Program-made: the position numbers and the translations under genes | Notes under the pieces: generated by a model | Seen by the model: only the letters and a program-made list of their open reading frames with translations | Told to the model about the DNA's origin: nothing | The model's database searches: none | Part shown: in pieces, positions 47,052 to 56,945 of the stretch | Layout: every line of letters starts with the position of its first letter | How positions within the stretch are numbered: the stretch's first letter is position 1 | Source of the DNA: Deltaproteobacteria bacterium | GTDB taxonomy: Bacteria; Desulfobacterota; Syntrophia; Syntrophales; JAAYKM01 | Length of the DNA stretch: 64,000 bases | Direction: 5' to 3' | Assembly: GCA_012522415.1 (NCBI GenBank) | Contig: JAAYKM010000051.1 | Span: 9,371 to 73,370, forward strand

Positions 47052-49031
47052 TTACTGCCTGTTCTTGACCAGGTCGTCGACCACGGCCGGATCGGCCAGG
47101 GTACTCGTATCACCCAGATCGTCGATTTCGTCGGCGGCGACCTTCTTGAGAATCCTTCTCATGATCTTGCCGCTGCGGGTTTTGGGCAGACCGTCGGCCC
47201 ACTGGATTTTCTCCGGTGTCGCGATGGGACCGATGATCGTCCGAACGTAGGCGACCAGTTCCTTCTTCAGCGCGTCCGAAGGCTCAATGCCCGTTTTCAG
47301 GGTAACGTACGCATAAATCGACTGGCCCTTGACCTCGTGGGGATAACCGACCACGGCCGACTCGGCCACCTTCTCGTGGGCGTTGAGGGTCGCCTCGATC
47401 TCCGCCGTACCCATCCTGTGACCGGACACGTTGATGACGTCGTCGATACGGCCGGTGATGCGGTAATAGCCGTCCTCGTCACGGAGGGCGCCGTCGCCGG
47501 AGAAGTAGAATCCCGGGTAGGGCTCGAAATAGGTCTCTTCGTAACGCCTGTGGTCGCCGTAGATGGTCCGGGTGATGCCGGGCCACGCCGTCTTGAAGCA
47601 CAGGGCGCCGCGGGCGGCCGGCTCCGTCTGCTCTACGCCGCTCACATCGTCGCACAGGGCCGGAATGACACCCATGATCGGGAAGGCCGGCATGGCCGGT
47701 TTGATTTCAATCGCGCCGGGCAGGGGCAGGATCATGTGGCCGCCCGTTTCGGTCTGCCACCACGTATCGACGATGGGGCAGCGGCTGCCGCCGATCTTCG
47801 TATAGAACCAATGCCACGCTTCCGGGTTGAGGGGCTCGCCCACGGAAGACAGGACCCTCAGCGAGGACAGGTCGATTCCCTTCAGGAACTCGTCGCCTTC
47901 CTTGGCGATGGCGCGGATGGCTGTGGGCGCCGTGTAGAAGGACGTGACCTTGTACTTCTCCACGACCTGCCAGAACCGGCTGTGGGTCGGATAGATGGGA
48001 ACGACCTCGAACATGACCGAGGTGGAGCACAGAGAGAGGGGGCCATAGACGACGTAGCTGTGTCCCGTGCCCCAGCCGATATCGGCGGTACACCAGTGAA
48101 TGTCTTCCTCGTGGAGATCGAAGGCATACTTGGACGTGTAGGCGGTGAACACCAGATACCCCGCCGTGGTGTGGAGGGCGCCCTTGGGCTGTCCCGTCGA
48201 ACCGGAGGTGTAGAGAATGAACAGGGTGTCTTCCGCGTCCATCCACTCAGGCTCACATTTGTCATCCACCGTGGCCATTTCGTCGTGCCACCAGAGGTCT
48301 CTGCCCTCGGTCCATTCGCACTTGATCTTGTCTCCCACGCGGTCAACCACGATGACCTTCTCCACAGAAGGACATTCCTTCAGGGCCACGTCGGCGGAGG
48401 CCTTCGCGGGAACGGCCTTGGCGCCGCGCATGGTGCCGTTGCAGACCACGAGGATCTTCGATTCGGAATCCTGGATGCGGACGGCCAGGGCGTCGGAGCT
48501 GAAGCCCCCGAACACGACGGCGTGGACGGCCCCGATCCGGGTGCAGGCCAGCATGGCGACGGCCGCTTCCGGGACCATGGGCAGGTAAAGGCAAACACGA
48601 TCGCCCTTCTTCACACCGTGCTTCTTCAGGACGTTGGCGAACTTGCAGACCTCGGTGTACAGTTCCCTGTAGGTGATGGCCCGCTCTTCACCGGGCTCGT
48701 TGCCTTCCCACTGGATGGCGACCTTGTCGGCCCGCTTCTCGAGCTGGCGGTCCAGGCAGTTGTAGGAGACATTCAGTTTGGCTCCCTCGAAATACTTGAC
48801 ATAAATGGGACCCTTTCGGATGTCAAAATTGTAATCCTCGACCTTGTCCCACTTTTTGTAAAACGTAACGAGTTCATCGGCCTGTTTCGCCCACCACGCC
48901 GACGGGTCAGCCTCGGCTTCGGCGAACAGTTTTTGGTACTGTTCCATGCTGTTGATGTAGGCGATCTTTTTGACCCGGTCCGGTACCGGATAACGTTCCT
49001 TCAATACGACTTCGTCTGCCATTTTTTTCAA
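47052..49031 (-). CDS. acs: Acetyl-CoA synthetase (AMP-forming)
   Basis: 659 aa with ILYTSGSTGQPKG, WWQTETGG, YFSGDGALRDEDGYYRITGRIDDVINVSGHRMGTAEIE and LPKTRSGKIMRR. Confidence 0.95.
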   Translation of the reverse strand: MKKMADEVVLKERYPVPDRVKKIAYINSMEQYQKLFAEAEADPSAWWAKQADELVTFYKKWDKVEDYNFDIRKGPIYVKYFEGAKLNVSYNCLDRQLEKRADKVAIQWEGNEPGEERAITYRELYTEVCKFANVLKKHGVKKGDRVCLYLPMVPEAAVAMLACTRIGAVHAVVFGGFSSDALAVRIQDSESKILVVCNGTMRGAKAVPAKASADVALKECPSVEKVIVVDRVGDKIKCEWTEGRDLWWHDEMATVDDKCEPEWMDAEDTLFILYTSGSTGQPKGALHTTAGYLVFTAYTSKYAFDLHEEDIHWCTADIGWGTGHSYVVYGPLSLCSTSVMFEVVPIYPTHSRFWQVVEKYKVTSFYTAPTAIRAIAKEGDEFLKGIDLSSLRVLSSVGEPLNPEAWHWFYTKIGGSRCPIVDTWWQTETGGHMILPLPGAIEIKPAMPAFPIMGVIPALCDDVSGVEQTEPAARGALCFKTAWPGITRTIYGDHRRYEETYFEPYPGFYFSGDGALRDEDGYYRITGRIDDVINVSGHRMGTAEIEATLNAHEKVAESAVVGYPHEVKGQSIYAYVTLKTGIEPSDALKKELVAYVRTIIGPIATPEKIQWADGLPKTRSGKIMRRILKKVAADEIDDLGDTSTLADPAVVDDLVKNRQ

Positions 49032-49286
49032 TTACCTCCCTATTGTTGTTGTTGTCGAAAAATCACGTTGGATCTCCCTTGCCATACGCATATTCAATTC
49101 ATATTTTAAGGAAGACGCAGGATGAAACCCCGCCTGACCTCTTTTTAATCCCCGCCCCACCTCTTCACTCGCTCGTAAGAAGGAGGGCAAGGACGCCAAG
49201 ACCGGCCCGAGACGCCGGCCGCCGTTTCGGAAACCGCCCCGCAACGGGATACACCCCCCGAAGGGGCCCCTGTTTCCGCGTCAACA

Positions 49287-49320
49287 CCCGGGAAAGACCT
49301 CCCGGGCGTTTCTTTTTCCT
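49287..49320 (+). terminator. Orphan terminator-like hairpin in the acs/porin intergenic region
   Basis: cccggga (49287-49293) / tcccggg (49300-49306) with a 6-nt loop, followed by cgtttctttttcc. No plus-strand gene lies upstream. Confidence 0.4.
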
Positions 49321-49699
49321 AAGAAATACGGCCCGTTGCACAGGCGCTCCCTCGACATGCCCCCCGCAACGTTAGCCGTCAGTGGATATACCGAACCATG
49401 CCGAATGTCAAGTATAATTTCGTGAGGGGCATGGAACCGACGGGGTTCATCCGCCCTGAGCGAATACATCGGGCCGCGGGTTTTTTTCTCTCTGTTTCTC
49501 CGGCGACTTCTTTCCGTATCGCCCTGGGGAAATCCTTGCCGGGAATGGCCCTTCTGTGGCTTTTTCGCAACACCTCTGTGTCAGCCCTCACGAGGGCGCC
49601 GCCTCCTGCGGAACGCCCCTTCGGGGCAAGCTCCATATTTCATATATATATCAGTGGGTTATCATTCTTTCTCGCAAGCGCTCCCCCTTGAGGCTTTTC

Positions 49700-49715
49700 T
49701 GGTACACATGTTGCT
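49700..49715 (+). promoter_or_regulatory. Sigma54-like -24/-12 element upstream of the porin gene
   Basis: TGGTAC-acatg-TTGCT has the GG-N10-GC spacing of the TGGCAC-N5-TTGCW consensus. It lies ~275 nt upstream of the ATG at 49992. Confidence 0.3.
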
Positions 49716-49991
49716 ACATTTGCAAGGGGCGCCGCGATCCGCCGCACGGGCCGTCGGCGCCGGTTTCGCCTTGACAGGAACGGGACGAGATGCTACGCGT
49801 ACCGGAAAACAATCGAGAAAGGGGGTGACGGGGAAATTCAGGGGAAGGGTTCCGGGGTCCCTGCCGGCTTGACCGGTTCCCGGGAGCGCCCGTATAAGGG
49901 ACGGAAGGTTTTTGGGAAAGAAAAGGCGGATCTCCCACGACATGCCCGGGAGGTCCGGGTAAACATGGTTTGACAAACAGGAGGAAAACAG

Positions 49992-51599
49992 ATGAAGAAA
50001 CTTTGGATCGTCTTGGTTTCACTGGCCCTGGTGGCGGCCTTCAGCCTGCCCGCCTCGGCCGTGGACGTCAAGTTCAGCGGCTCGTACTATGTGGCCGGTG
50101 ATTACTACAATGATTTGGACATGATCAATTCGGGAGACTGGCTGGGAGAGGCGCTGCCCGACAGTGCAGAGTGGACTAACCGGAGAGGTGGCACCTATCG
50201 CATACCGAAAGCCCGGGGCGGAGGAGACCGTCCTTACAGTCTTGGCCACGGCGTTGACAAATCGACGGCGTTTTTCCGTCAGCGTTTGCGCATCCAGACC
50301 GAGTTCGTCGTGTCCCCGGGTCTCTCCCTGATCACCCGGTTCGACGCCCTCGAGAAGATCTGGGGCGACCAGCAGTGGACGGGTTCCCGGACGGCTTACC
50401 AGTCCCGTCCCCACAACCACGCCGATATTCGGAACGCGAAAGAGCAGGAGAACATCGAGTTCGAACAGGCCTACATCCAGTACGCCTCGAAGATCGGCCT
50501 GTGGTGGATCGGCGTGGCCCCCCACGACTTCTGGGGAACCACCTTCGGCGATTCGACCCAGTCCGAGTCGTTGATCCAGTGGATCCTGCCGCTCAACGAG
50601 AACTGGATCATCGGGGCCAAGTACTTCAAGCACTACGAGAACAGCCCCAACATGTTCGGCGGCCAGGACAACAAGGGCATCGACGCCGACGACAGCGCCT
50701 ACGTCGGTGTGGGCATCTTCAAGACCCAGAACATCGAAACGGGTCTGAAGGTCGCCTACCGTCAGCTCCGCCAGAACAAGAACAGCGCGGACTATCTCGC
50801 GATTCCGCCGCACTCCAAGATCGACGGCTGGCTCATCACGCCCTACTTCAAGGGCCAGTTCGGGCCGGTCAACCTCCAGGCGGAAGTGGAGTACTGGTAC
50901 GGCGAGGTGGAACTGCAGAGAAGTATAGACGGTTTCGGCGGGCCGTGGTCGTATGCTACTGGTTATCTGCCCGTAACCGGCAAGAACACAAGGACGATCG
51001 ACATGGAGTTCTGGTCCCTGTACCTGGACGCCAAGGTCGACATCGGCCCCGCCTACGTCGGGGGCCGGTTCATTTACGTCTCCGGCGACGACCGGTACAG
51101 CAGAGGCAAGTTTGAAGGGTCCGACTTCCTGAACAACCGGGCCTTCGAGATGTGCTGGGGCGGCGTGGATCTGAAGCAGACCCTCATCCTGTGGAACGAG
51201 GATGTGACGAACTGGGTCGGCGATGTCTGGGACCTCGGCCCCGGAATCAAGAACGCCAAGTTCGGCCAGATCTACGGCGGCTACACCTGGAAGGACTTCA
51301 CCTTCACAGGCGCCCTGGCCTACGCCAGAGCGGACGAGACCTGGAAGACCCAGAGCAGCGACTACGGCTGGGAGCTGGACGTGACGGCAACCTACAAGAT
51401 CACGGACAACCTGAGCTACATGGTCGGTGCCGGTTACCTCTGGACGGGCGACTACTTCAGGGGTCCCAAGGGGACAGATTACCGTTATAGGGGTGATAGT
51501 CGGAACCATCGCGCTCGCTATTACGCTCCCTATAGCATCGGCAAGCCCGACGTGGACGACATTTACCTGATCACGAACAAACTGACCCTGACCTTCTAG
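49992..51599 (+). CDS. Outer-membrane beta-barrel porin of unassigned family
   Basis: 535 aa with a signal peptide MKKLWIVLVSLALVAAFSLPASA. It is rich in Tyr/Gly/Asp/Trp with alternating hydrophobicity, and the C-terminus is ...NKLTLTF. The equally long antisense ORF was rejected. Confidence 0.8.
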   Translation: MKKLWIVLVSLALVAAFSLPASAVDVKFSGSYYVAGDYYNDLDMINSGDWLGEALPDSAEWTNRRGGTYRIPKARGGGDRPYSLGHGVDKSTAFFRQRLRIQTEFVVSPGLSLITRFDALEKIWGDQQWTGSRTAYQSRPHNHADIRNAKEQENIEFEQAYIQYASKIGLWWIGVAPHDFWGTTFGDSTQSESLIQWILPLNENWIIGAKYFKHYENSPNMFGGQDNKGIDADDSAYVGVGIFKTQNIETGLKVAYRQLRQNKNSADYLAIPPHSKIDGWLITPYFKGQFGPVNLQAEVEYWYGEVELQRSIDGFGGPWSYATGYLPVTGKNTRTIDMEFWSLYLDAKVDIGPAYVGGRFIYVSGDDRYSRGKFEGSDFLNNRAFEMCWGGVDLKQTLILWNEDVTNWVGDVWDLGPGIKNAKFGQIYGGYTWKDFTFTGALAYARADETWKTQSSDYGWELDVTATYKITDNLSYMVGAGYLWTGDYFRGPKGTDYRYRGDSRNHRARYYAPYSIGKPDVDDIYLITNKLTLTF

Positions 51600-51628
51600 G
51601 ATCATCCCCGACGATTCCCGTTATCCCC

Positions 51629-51664
51629 GCCCCGGAAGGGTTCCCCCTTCCGGGGCTTTTTTTT
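51629..51664 (+). terminator. Rho-independent terminator of the porin gene
   Basis: gccccggaaggg / cccttccggggc (12-bp perfect stem, loop ttcc) followed by T8. Confidence 0.9.
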
Positions 51665-51698
51665 CGTTTGACGCCCCCGCTTTTCCCTCTCCGCCGTC

Positions 51699-53435
51699 AT
51701 GGGACGGGAAAACCCTCGACAGGAAGGGCCGACTTTAGTACACTCTTTCGCAGAGGAGGATCCCATTCAGAAAATTTACGGCCATACCAGCGGATTGAAA
51801 CCGGAACAGCGGCGGCGGGTCGAACAGTTCTACCGCCGGCGGCTCCCGCCGGCGCAGGTGATGACACACGACCTGGCCCGGCAGATGACGGAGCTGTCCC
51901 GGGAGATGAACCGTCAACTCGGCCTGCTCGTCACCCGCCGGGGGGAAATCGCCTTTGTCATCGTCGGCACCGCCCGGGATATATTCATTCCGGATCTGTC
52001 GTCCTTTCGCGCTTCGTCCGTGCGCTTTCGGGGCCTCCGTCTCCTCCACACCCACCTCGACCGGTCCGGCCTGACAACGGACGACCTGACGGATCTGGCG
52101 CTCCTTCGCCTTGACCTGGTGGCGGCGGTGGAAACGGAACCGGACGGCCTTCCCGGCCGTGTCCACCTGGCCCATCTGATCCCGGAAAACAGGGAGGGGC
52201 GTTTCTGGACCCTTCTCGACCCGTGCCCACCCTCGGCCCTGACCTGGGATTTCCTCTCCTTCATCCAGGCCCTGGAGGGGGAATTCACCCGGAAGGAACG
52301 GACCCGCAGGGTCGAGGCGAAGGACCGGGCCCTCTTGATCCGGGCGGAAACGGATCCCGCTTTCGACAGCGCGGGGGCCCTGTCGGAGCTTCGGGAACTG
52401 GCGGTCACGTCGGGGGTGGAGGTGTTCGACACCATGTTGCAGTATCGACCCCAACTGGACCCGAAATACGTCGTCGGCCGGGGCAAACTCTCGGATATCG
52501 TCATCCGGGCCCTCCAGATCGGGGCGAACCTGCTTGTCTTCGACCACGAACTGACCGCCGCCCAGATCCGTTCCATCACGGATTTTACGGAACTGCGGGT
52601 CATCGACCGAACCCAGGTGATTCTCGACATCTTCGCCCGGCGGGCCCGAACCCGGGAGGCCCGGATCCAGGTGGAACTCGCCCAGTTGAAGTACCGCCTG
52701 CCCCGCCTCGTCCGCCGGGATACCTCCCTGTCACGCCTGGCCGGGGGCATCGGCGGCACAGGCCCCGGGGAAACGAAGCTGGAAGTGGACCGCCGCCGCG
52801 TGCGGGAACGGATTCACCGCCTGGAAGAGGAACTGGAGGGTATCGGCCGTGCCCGGAGCCAGCGGCGGGGCAGGCGGGACAAGGCGGGACTCCCGGTCAT
52901 CTCGATTGTCGGTTACACCAACGCAGGGAAATCGACGCTGCTGAACGCACTGACCCAGAGCCGGGTCTTCGTTGAAGACCGGCTGTTCGCCACCCTGGAC
53001 CCGAAAAGCGCGCGTCTTCGCTTTCCCCGGGACACGGAAGCGGTCATCACCGACACGGTGGGTTTCATCCGGGCCCTGCCGGCGGAACTCTTCGCGGCCT
53101 TCCGGTCCACCCTCGAGGAACTGGACGAGGCGGATGTCCTGCTCCATGTGATCGACGTCAGCAACCCGGATTTCGAGAGCCACATTACAGCGGTGGAGAA
53201 GGTGCTGGCGGAAATCGGCATTCAGGACAAACCGACCCTACGGGTTTTTAACAAGGAGGATTGCTTCCCCGACAAGGGGGTTCTGGCTAACCTGTGCCGT
53301 CGCTTCGAGGCGACGCCGGTTTCGGCCCTTTCCAGCGAGAGCCTCCCCCCCCTTTTGGAACGCCTCGAGAACTGGCTGGGAGGTACCCACCGATCATGGC
53401 TGCATAACGGTTCGCCGCTCCCATGTTCGCGATAA
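51699..53435 (+). CDS. hflX: GTPase HflX
   Basis: 578 aa. The HflX N-domain has IYGHTSGLKPEQRRRVEQFYRRR. G motifs are GYTNAGKSTLLNALT, DTVGFI and NKED. Confidence 0.9.
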   Translation: MGRENPRQEGPTLVHSFAEEDPIQKIYGHTSGLKPEQRRRVEQFYRRRLPPAQVMTHDLARQMTELSREMNRQLGLLVTRRGEIAFVIVGTARDIFIPDLSSFRASSVRFRGLRLLHTHLDRSGLTTDDLTDLALLRLDLVAAVETEPDGLPGRVHLAHLIPENREGRFWTLLDPCPPSALTWDFLSFIQALEGEFTRKERTRRVEAKDRALLIRAETDPAFDSAGALSELRELAVTSGVEVFDTMLQYRPQLDPKYVVGRGKLSDIVIRALQIGANLLVFDHELTAAQIRSITDFTELRVIDRTQVILDIFARRARTREARIQVELAQLKYRLPRLVRRDTSLSRLAGGIGGTGPGETKLEVDRRRVRERIHRLEEELEGIGRARSQRRGRRDKAGLPVISIVGYTNAGKSTLLNALTQSRVFVEDRLFATLDPKSARLRFPRDTEAVITDTVGFIRALPAELFAAFRSTLEELDEADVLLHVIDVSNPDFESHITAVEKVLAEIGIQDKPTLRVFNKEDCFPDKGVLANLCRRFEATPVSALSSESLPPLLERLENWLGGTHRSWLHNGSPLPCSR

Positions 53436-54702
53436 CGGCTTCCTGTCCCCCGGCGCCCCGGTCCCGCAGGTCTTCCGGGTGGCGCAGCAGGTCCATGATT
53501 TTCCCGTAAAGACCCGCTTCGTCCGTGACGGTCACACCGGCCCCGACCTTTTCCAGAAGCGTTTTTTCATTGACGAAATCCTCCATGAAGGGGCCATGGA
53601 GGACGACGTTCCCCCAGGCGGCCGGCTCCAGGATGTTCTGTCCGCCCCGGGGCACCAGGGATCCACCGCAATACACAACGGTCGCCAGGCTGTAGGCCTT
53701 GAAGAGTTCGCCGATGACGTCGATCAAAACAACCCGTTCATCCCGCCTTTTTTTGCCGCCGTCGATCTCCCGCATGGTGATGAAGTCGGTAAAACCCGCT
53801 TCACCGATGAGGGTCATGACCCAGTTCCGCCTCTCGATATGGCGGGGAACCAAAACAAGCTTCAGATCGGGATGGCATTCCAGCAGGCGCCGGTAAACAT
53901 GGAGGACGATCGCTTCCTCCCCCTCGTGGGTACTGCCGGCCACCCAGATTTTTTCGTCCCGCGTAAAATTGAGCCGGGCCCTGATTTCCTCCTTCAGGTA
54001 CGGCGTTGCCGTCGCCGCCAGACCGTCGTATTTGGCGTTTCCCTGAATATGGACCTTTTCCGGGGGCATACCCATGGCGACGATGCGGTCCCGGTCCGTC
54101 TGAGAGATGACCCCCGCCTGGTCGAGCCTTTCCAGGAGAGGCTTCCAGAAGAACCTCGTCCTGTAATACCGCCTGAATGAACGGGGCGAAATGCGGCCGT
54201 TCACCATGACAACCTTGACCCCCTCCCGGCGGCAGATCCGGAGGAAGTTCGGCCAAAGCTCCGTCTCGACGGGAACGAAGACGGCGGGGCGGATCATACG
54301 GATCAGCTTTTTCACCACGAAGGGAAGGTCCAGGGGAAAGTAGATCAGGGCGTTCGCGGCGGAAACGAGCTTTTCCGCCATGAGGCGCCCCGTTTCCGTC
54401 GTCGTGGAAACCACGATGCAACCCCGTGGATACCTCTCCCGCAACGACGCCACGATGGGGGCCGCCGCCGTCACCTCCCCGACGGATACGGCGTGGACCC
54501 AGATGCGGGGCTCCCCTTCCAGATTCCCGAGATGTTCCCCATCCACAAAACCCAGTTTCGGACCGATGCTCCGGCGGTATTTGCCCGTTAGGACCATTTT
54601 CACGGCAAACCAGGGCGACATAACCAGAAGCGTCGCCAAGAGGATTATGTTGTACAGGGCCATCATGGGGCGCATCTTCTGTGTTTTCCCCTGCCCTGTC
54701 AA
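53287..54702 (-). CDS. waaA: 3-deoxy-D-manno-octulosonic acid transferase
   Basis: 471 aa with IWVHAVSVGEV, ETELWPN, VMVNGRIS and GGSLVPRGGQNILEPAA. Its 3' end overlaps hflX by 149 nt. Confidence 0.9.
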   Translation of the reverse strand: MTGQGKTQKMRPMMALYNIILLATLLVMSPWFAVKMVLTGKYRRSIGPKLGFVDGEHLGNLEGEPRIWVHAVSVGEVTAAAPIVASLRERYPRGCIVVSTTTETGRLMAEKLVSAANALIYFPLDLPFVVKKLIRMIRPAVFVPVETELWPNFLRICRREGVKVVMVNGRISPRSFRRYYRTRFFWKPLLERLDQAGVISQTDRDRIVAMGMPPEKVHIQGNAKYDGLAATATPYLKEEIRARLNFTRDEKIWVAGSTHEGEEAIVLHVYRRLLECHPDLKLVLVPRHIERRNWVMTLIGEAGFTDFITMREIDGGKKRRDERVVLIDVIGELFKAYSLATVVYCGGSLVPRGGQNILEPAAWGNVVLHGPFMEDFVNEKTLLEKVGAGVTVTDEAGLYGKIMDLLRHPEDLRDRGAGGQEAVIANMGAANRYAAMIGGYLPASSRGVPKGGGGSRWKGPKPASPRSDGTG

Positions 54703-54999
54703 GGGCTTTTCTCCTTGACGGCGGAAGCGTCATGTTGTATCCGTTTGGCCTGAATCGACGCATGGAAATAACGGATAACGCTTGTTTTTCGAGAGATGCG
54801 GCGATGGGAAACACGTCGGTTCTCCCCGGTGCGGACGCTCCGTTCTGATGCCTGGTTTCTCTTTGGCGGGCATCGACGTCGTTGCGATGAAGCCGGTCTG
54901 AGGCCTGCCGCACAAGGGCATGGAGGCGCAGCCCCCGGACCCGGGTGACGTTCAACAACCCTCCCGCCTCCATCGGCGTGAGAAAAACATGAGGAAACC

Positions 55000-55662
55000 A
55001 TGAAAAGAATCGCCCCTTCCATCCTGTCCGCCGACTTCGGTCGCCTGGCGGAAGAAATCCAGGCCGTCGAGGCCGCCGGCGCGGACTGGATCCACGTGGA
55101 TGTCATGGACGGCCATTTTGTCCCGAACCTGACCATCGGGCCAGCCGTCGTCAAGGCTCTGCGCAAGACCACCAGCCTTCCCTTCGACGTCCACCTCATG
55201 ATCCGTGATCCGGACCGTTACCTCGACGCCTTCATCGACGCGGGCAGCGATATCTTAACGGTCCATGTGGAAGCGGCGGCCCATCTGAACCGGACGGTCA
55301 ACGGGATCAGGGAAAAGGGAGTCAAAGCCGGTGTCTCGATCAACCCGGCGACGCCGGTTTCATGCCTGGAGGAAATCCTGCCGGACTGCGATCTGATCCT
55401 GGTCATGACGGTCAACCCCGGTTTCGGAGGCCAGAAGTTCATCGCCTCGTCCCTGTCCAAAATCAGAAAAACCCGGGACATGATCGCGTCTCTGGCGCGT
55501 CCGGTTATACTGGAAGTGGATGGCGGCATTACTCTGGACAACATCGAGGAGGTGTCCGCCGCGGGAGCTGATGTCTTCGTGGCCGGTTCCGCTGTTTTCG
55601 GCAGCCCTGATTACGGCGAGACGATCCGGGCGATGAAGGCAAAACTGACGGATAACCCATAA
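55000..55662 (+). CDS. rpe: Ribulose-phosphate 3-epimerase
   Basis: 220 aa with IAPSILSADF, HVDVMDGHFVPN, VNPGFGGQKF and VDGG. Confidence 0.95.
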   Translation: MKRIAPSILSADFGRLAEEIQAVEAAGADWIHVDVMDGHFVPNLTIGPAVVKALRKTTSLPFDVHLMIRDPDRYLDAFIDAGSDILTVHVEAAAHLNRTVNGIREKGVKAGVSINPATPVSCLEEILPDCDLILVMTVNPGFGGQKFIASSLSKIRKTRDMIASLARPVILEVDGGITLDNIEEVSAAGADVFVAGSAVFGSPDYGETIRAMKAKLTDNP

Positions 55663-55818
55663 GGGATCGACCTCCGGAGACTCACGCCTGGATTTTTTCA
55701 CTCGCCTGCTTCCATGAAGGATCATCCCGGCGTAGGCGGGAATCCCATTTTCACCGGGAAACGACTTGCCCTCCGTCCTGCTGGAGGATCCTCTCCCGCA
55801 TGTTTTTTTCCGTCCATG

Positions 55819-55859
55819 AAAAAGGGCGGGTCCGCCGACCGGACCCGCCCTCCTGTTTT
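55819..55859. terminator. Bidirectional terminator between the convergent rpe and hbd genes
   Basis: gggcgggtccg (55824-55834) / cggacccgccc (55840-55850) with a 5-nt loop. An A-run lies upstream and T-rich tcctgtttt lies downstream. Confidence 0.85.
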
Positions 55860-55883
55860 CCATGCAAACGTTAAATCAACAAC

Positions 55884-56744
55884 CTATTTTTTCGTGTAAT
55901 CGTAAACGCCCTTGCCGGATTTCCGACCGAGACGACCGGCGCGGACCAGCTTCACCAGCAGGGGGGCCGGACGGTACTTGTCACCCAGTTCCGCATGGAG
56001 CCCTTCCATGATACGCAAAAGGGTGTCGTTGCCAATCAGGTCGGCGAGGGCCAGAGGGCCGATGGGGTGATTGCAACCCAGCATCATGGCCTTGTCGATG
56101 TCCTCAGGCGTGGCCAGGCCGTCACCCAGGGTGAAGAAGGCCTCGTTGATCATGGTGCACAGGATTCGGTTGACGACGAAAGCGGGACCTTCGTTTACAA
56201 TGACGCATTCCTTGCCCAGCTTCTCGCCCCAGGCCTTGGCGATGGCCAGAGTCTCCTGTGACGTTTCATAACCCAAAATCAGCTCCATGAGCTTCATCAC
56301 CGGCACAGGGTTGAAAAAATGGGTGCCGATGAAACGGTCCGGACGGTCCGTCAGGCAAGCCATCTCGGTGATGCTGAGGCCGGAGGTATTGGTGAAGAAC
56401 AGACAGTGGGCCGGCACGACCTCCATGAGTTCCTTGTAAACCTGCTTTTTGATACTGAGCACCTCCACGACCACCTCGACGACGACGTCGGCCTTGCCTG
56501 CGGCCTCCTTCAGATCGAGGGTCGGCGTGATCCGGGCCAGGACCGCATCCATGTCCTCCTGGGTCCGCTTGCCCTTTTCCACTTCCCGGCCCAGATTCTT
56601 CCGGATCGTGTTCATGCCGTTATCGATGAACCGCTGCTCGATATCGCGCATGGTCACCTGGAACCCCGCCTGGGCACAAACCTGGGCGATACCGCTGCCC
56701 ATGAGACCTGCCCCCAGCACACACACATTCTTGATTTCCATCAC
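55884..56744 (-). CDS. hbd: 3-hydroxybutyryl-CoA dehydrogenase
   Basis: 286 aa with [38 protein letters not shown] and NRIL. Confidence 0.9.
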   Translation of the reverse strand: MMEIKNVCVLGAGLMGSGIAQVCAQAGFQVTMRDIEQRFIDNGMNTIRKNLGREVEKGKRTQEDMDAVLARITPTLDLKEAAGKADVVVEVVVEVLSIKKQVYKELMEVVPAHCLFFTNTSGLSITEMACLTDRPDRFIGTHFFNPVPVMKLMELILGYETSQETLAIAKAWGEKLGKECVIVNEGPAFVVNRILCTMINEAFFTLGDGLATPEDIDKAMMLGCNHPIGPLALADLIGNDTLLRIMEGLHAELGDKYRPAPLLVKLVRAGRLGRKSGKGVYDYTKK

Positions 56745-56945
56745 TGTACTCCTTCCTTAATAAATAATATGATGATCCACATGTTGGTTATCCCGTTCCC
56801 GTGAAGCCAAGGCGGCGACCCGCTAAGTAGCAGAAACCAAAGGGGGAAGTCAATTCTTTTTTTCCGTACGCCAAAGAGAGCCCGCGCGGGGACAAGACCT
56901 CGAAGCCGAACCGGATATTACGCCACCGTTTCCCCAGGGGATGTT

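Noticed and set aside
45094-47250. A 718-aa plus-strand ORF spanning etfA, etfB, both intergenic gaps and the 3' end of acs.
   Set aside because: It is antisense to three genes with unmistakable homologues. Its translation is Arg/Gly/His/Leu-rich with no motif. Such open antisense frames are expected opposite GC3-rich genes.
51735-52975. Several 250-280-aa alternative-frame ORFs (51735-52547 minus, 51914-52759 minus, 52223-52975 plus) inside hflX, and 53801-54973 (minus) inside waaA.
   Set aside because: The HflX and WaaA frames carry the G1-G4 and glycosyltransferase motifs. The alternatives are Arg/Pro/Gly-rich GC artefacts.
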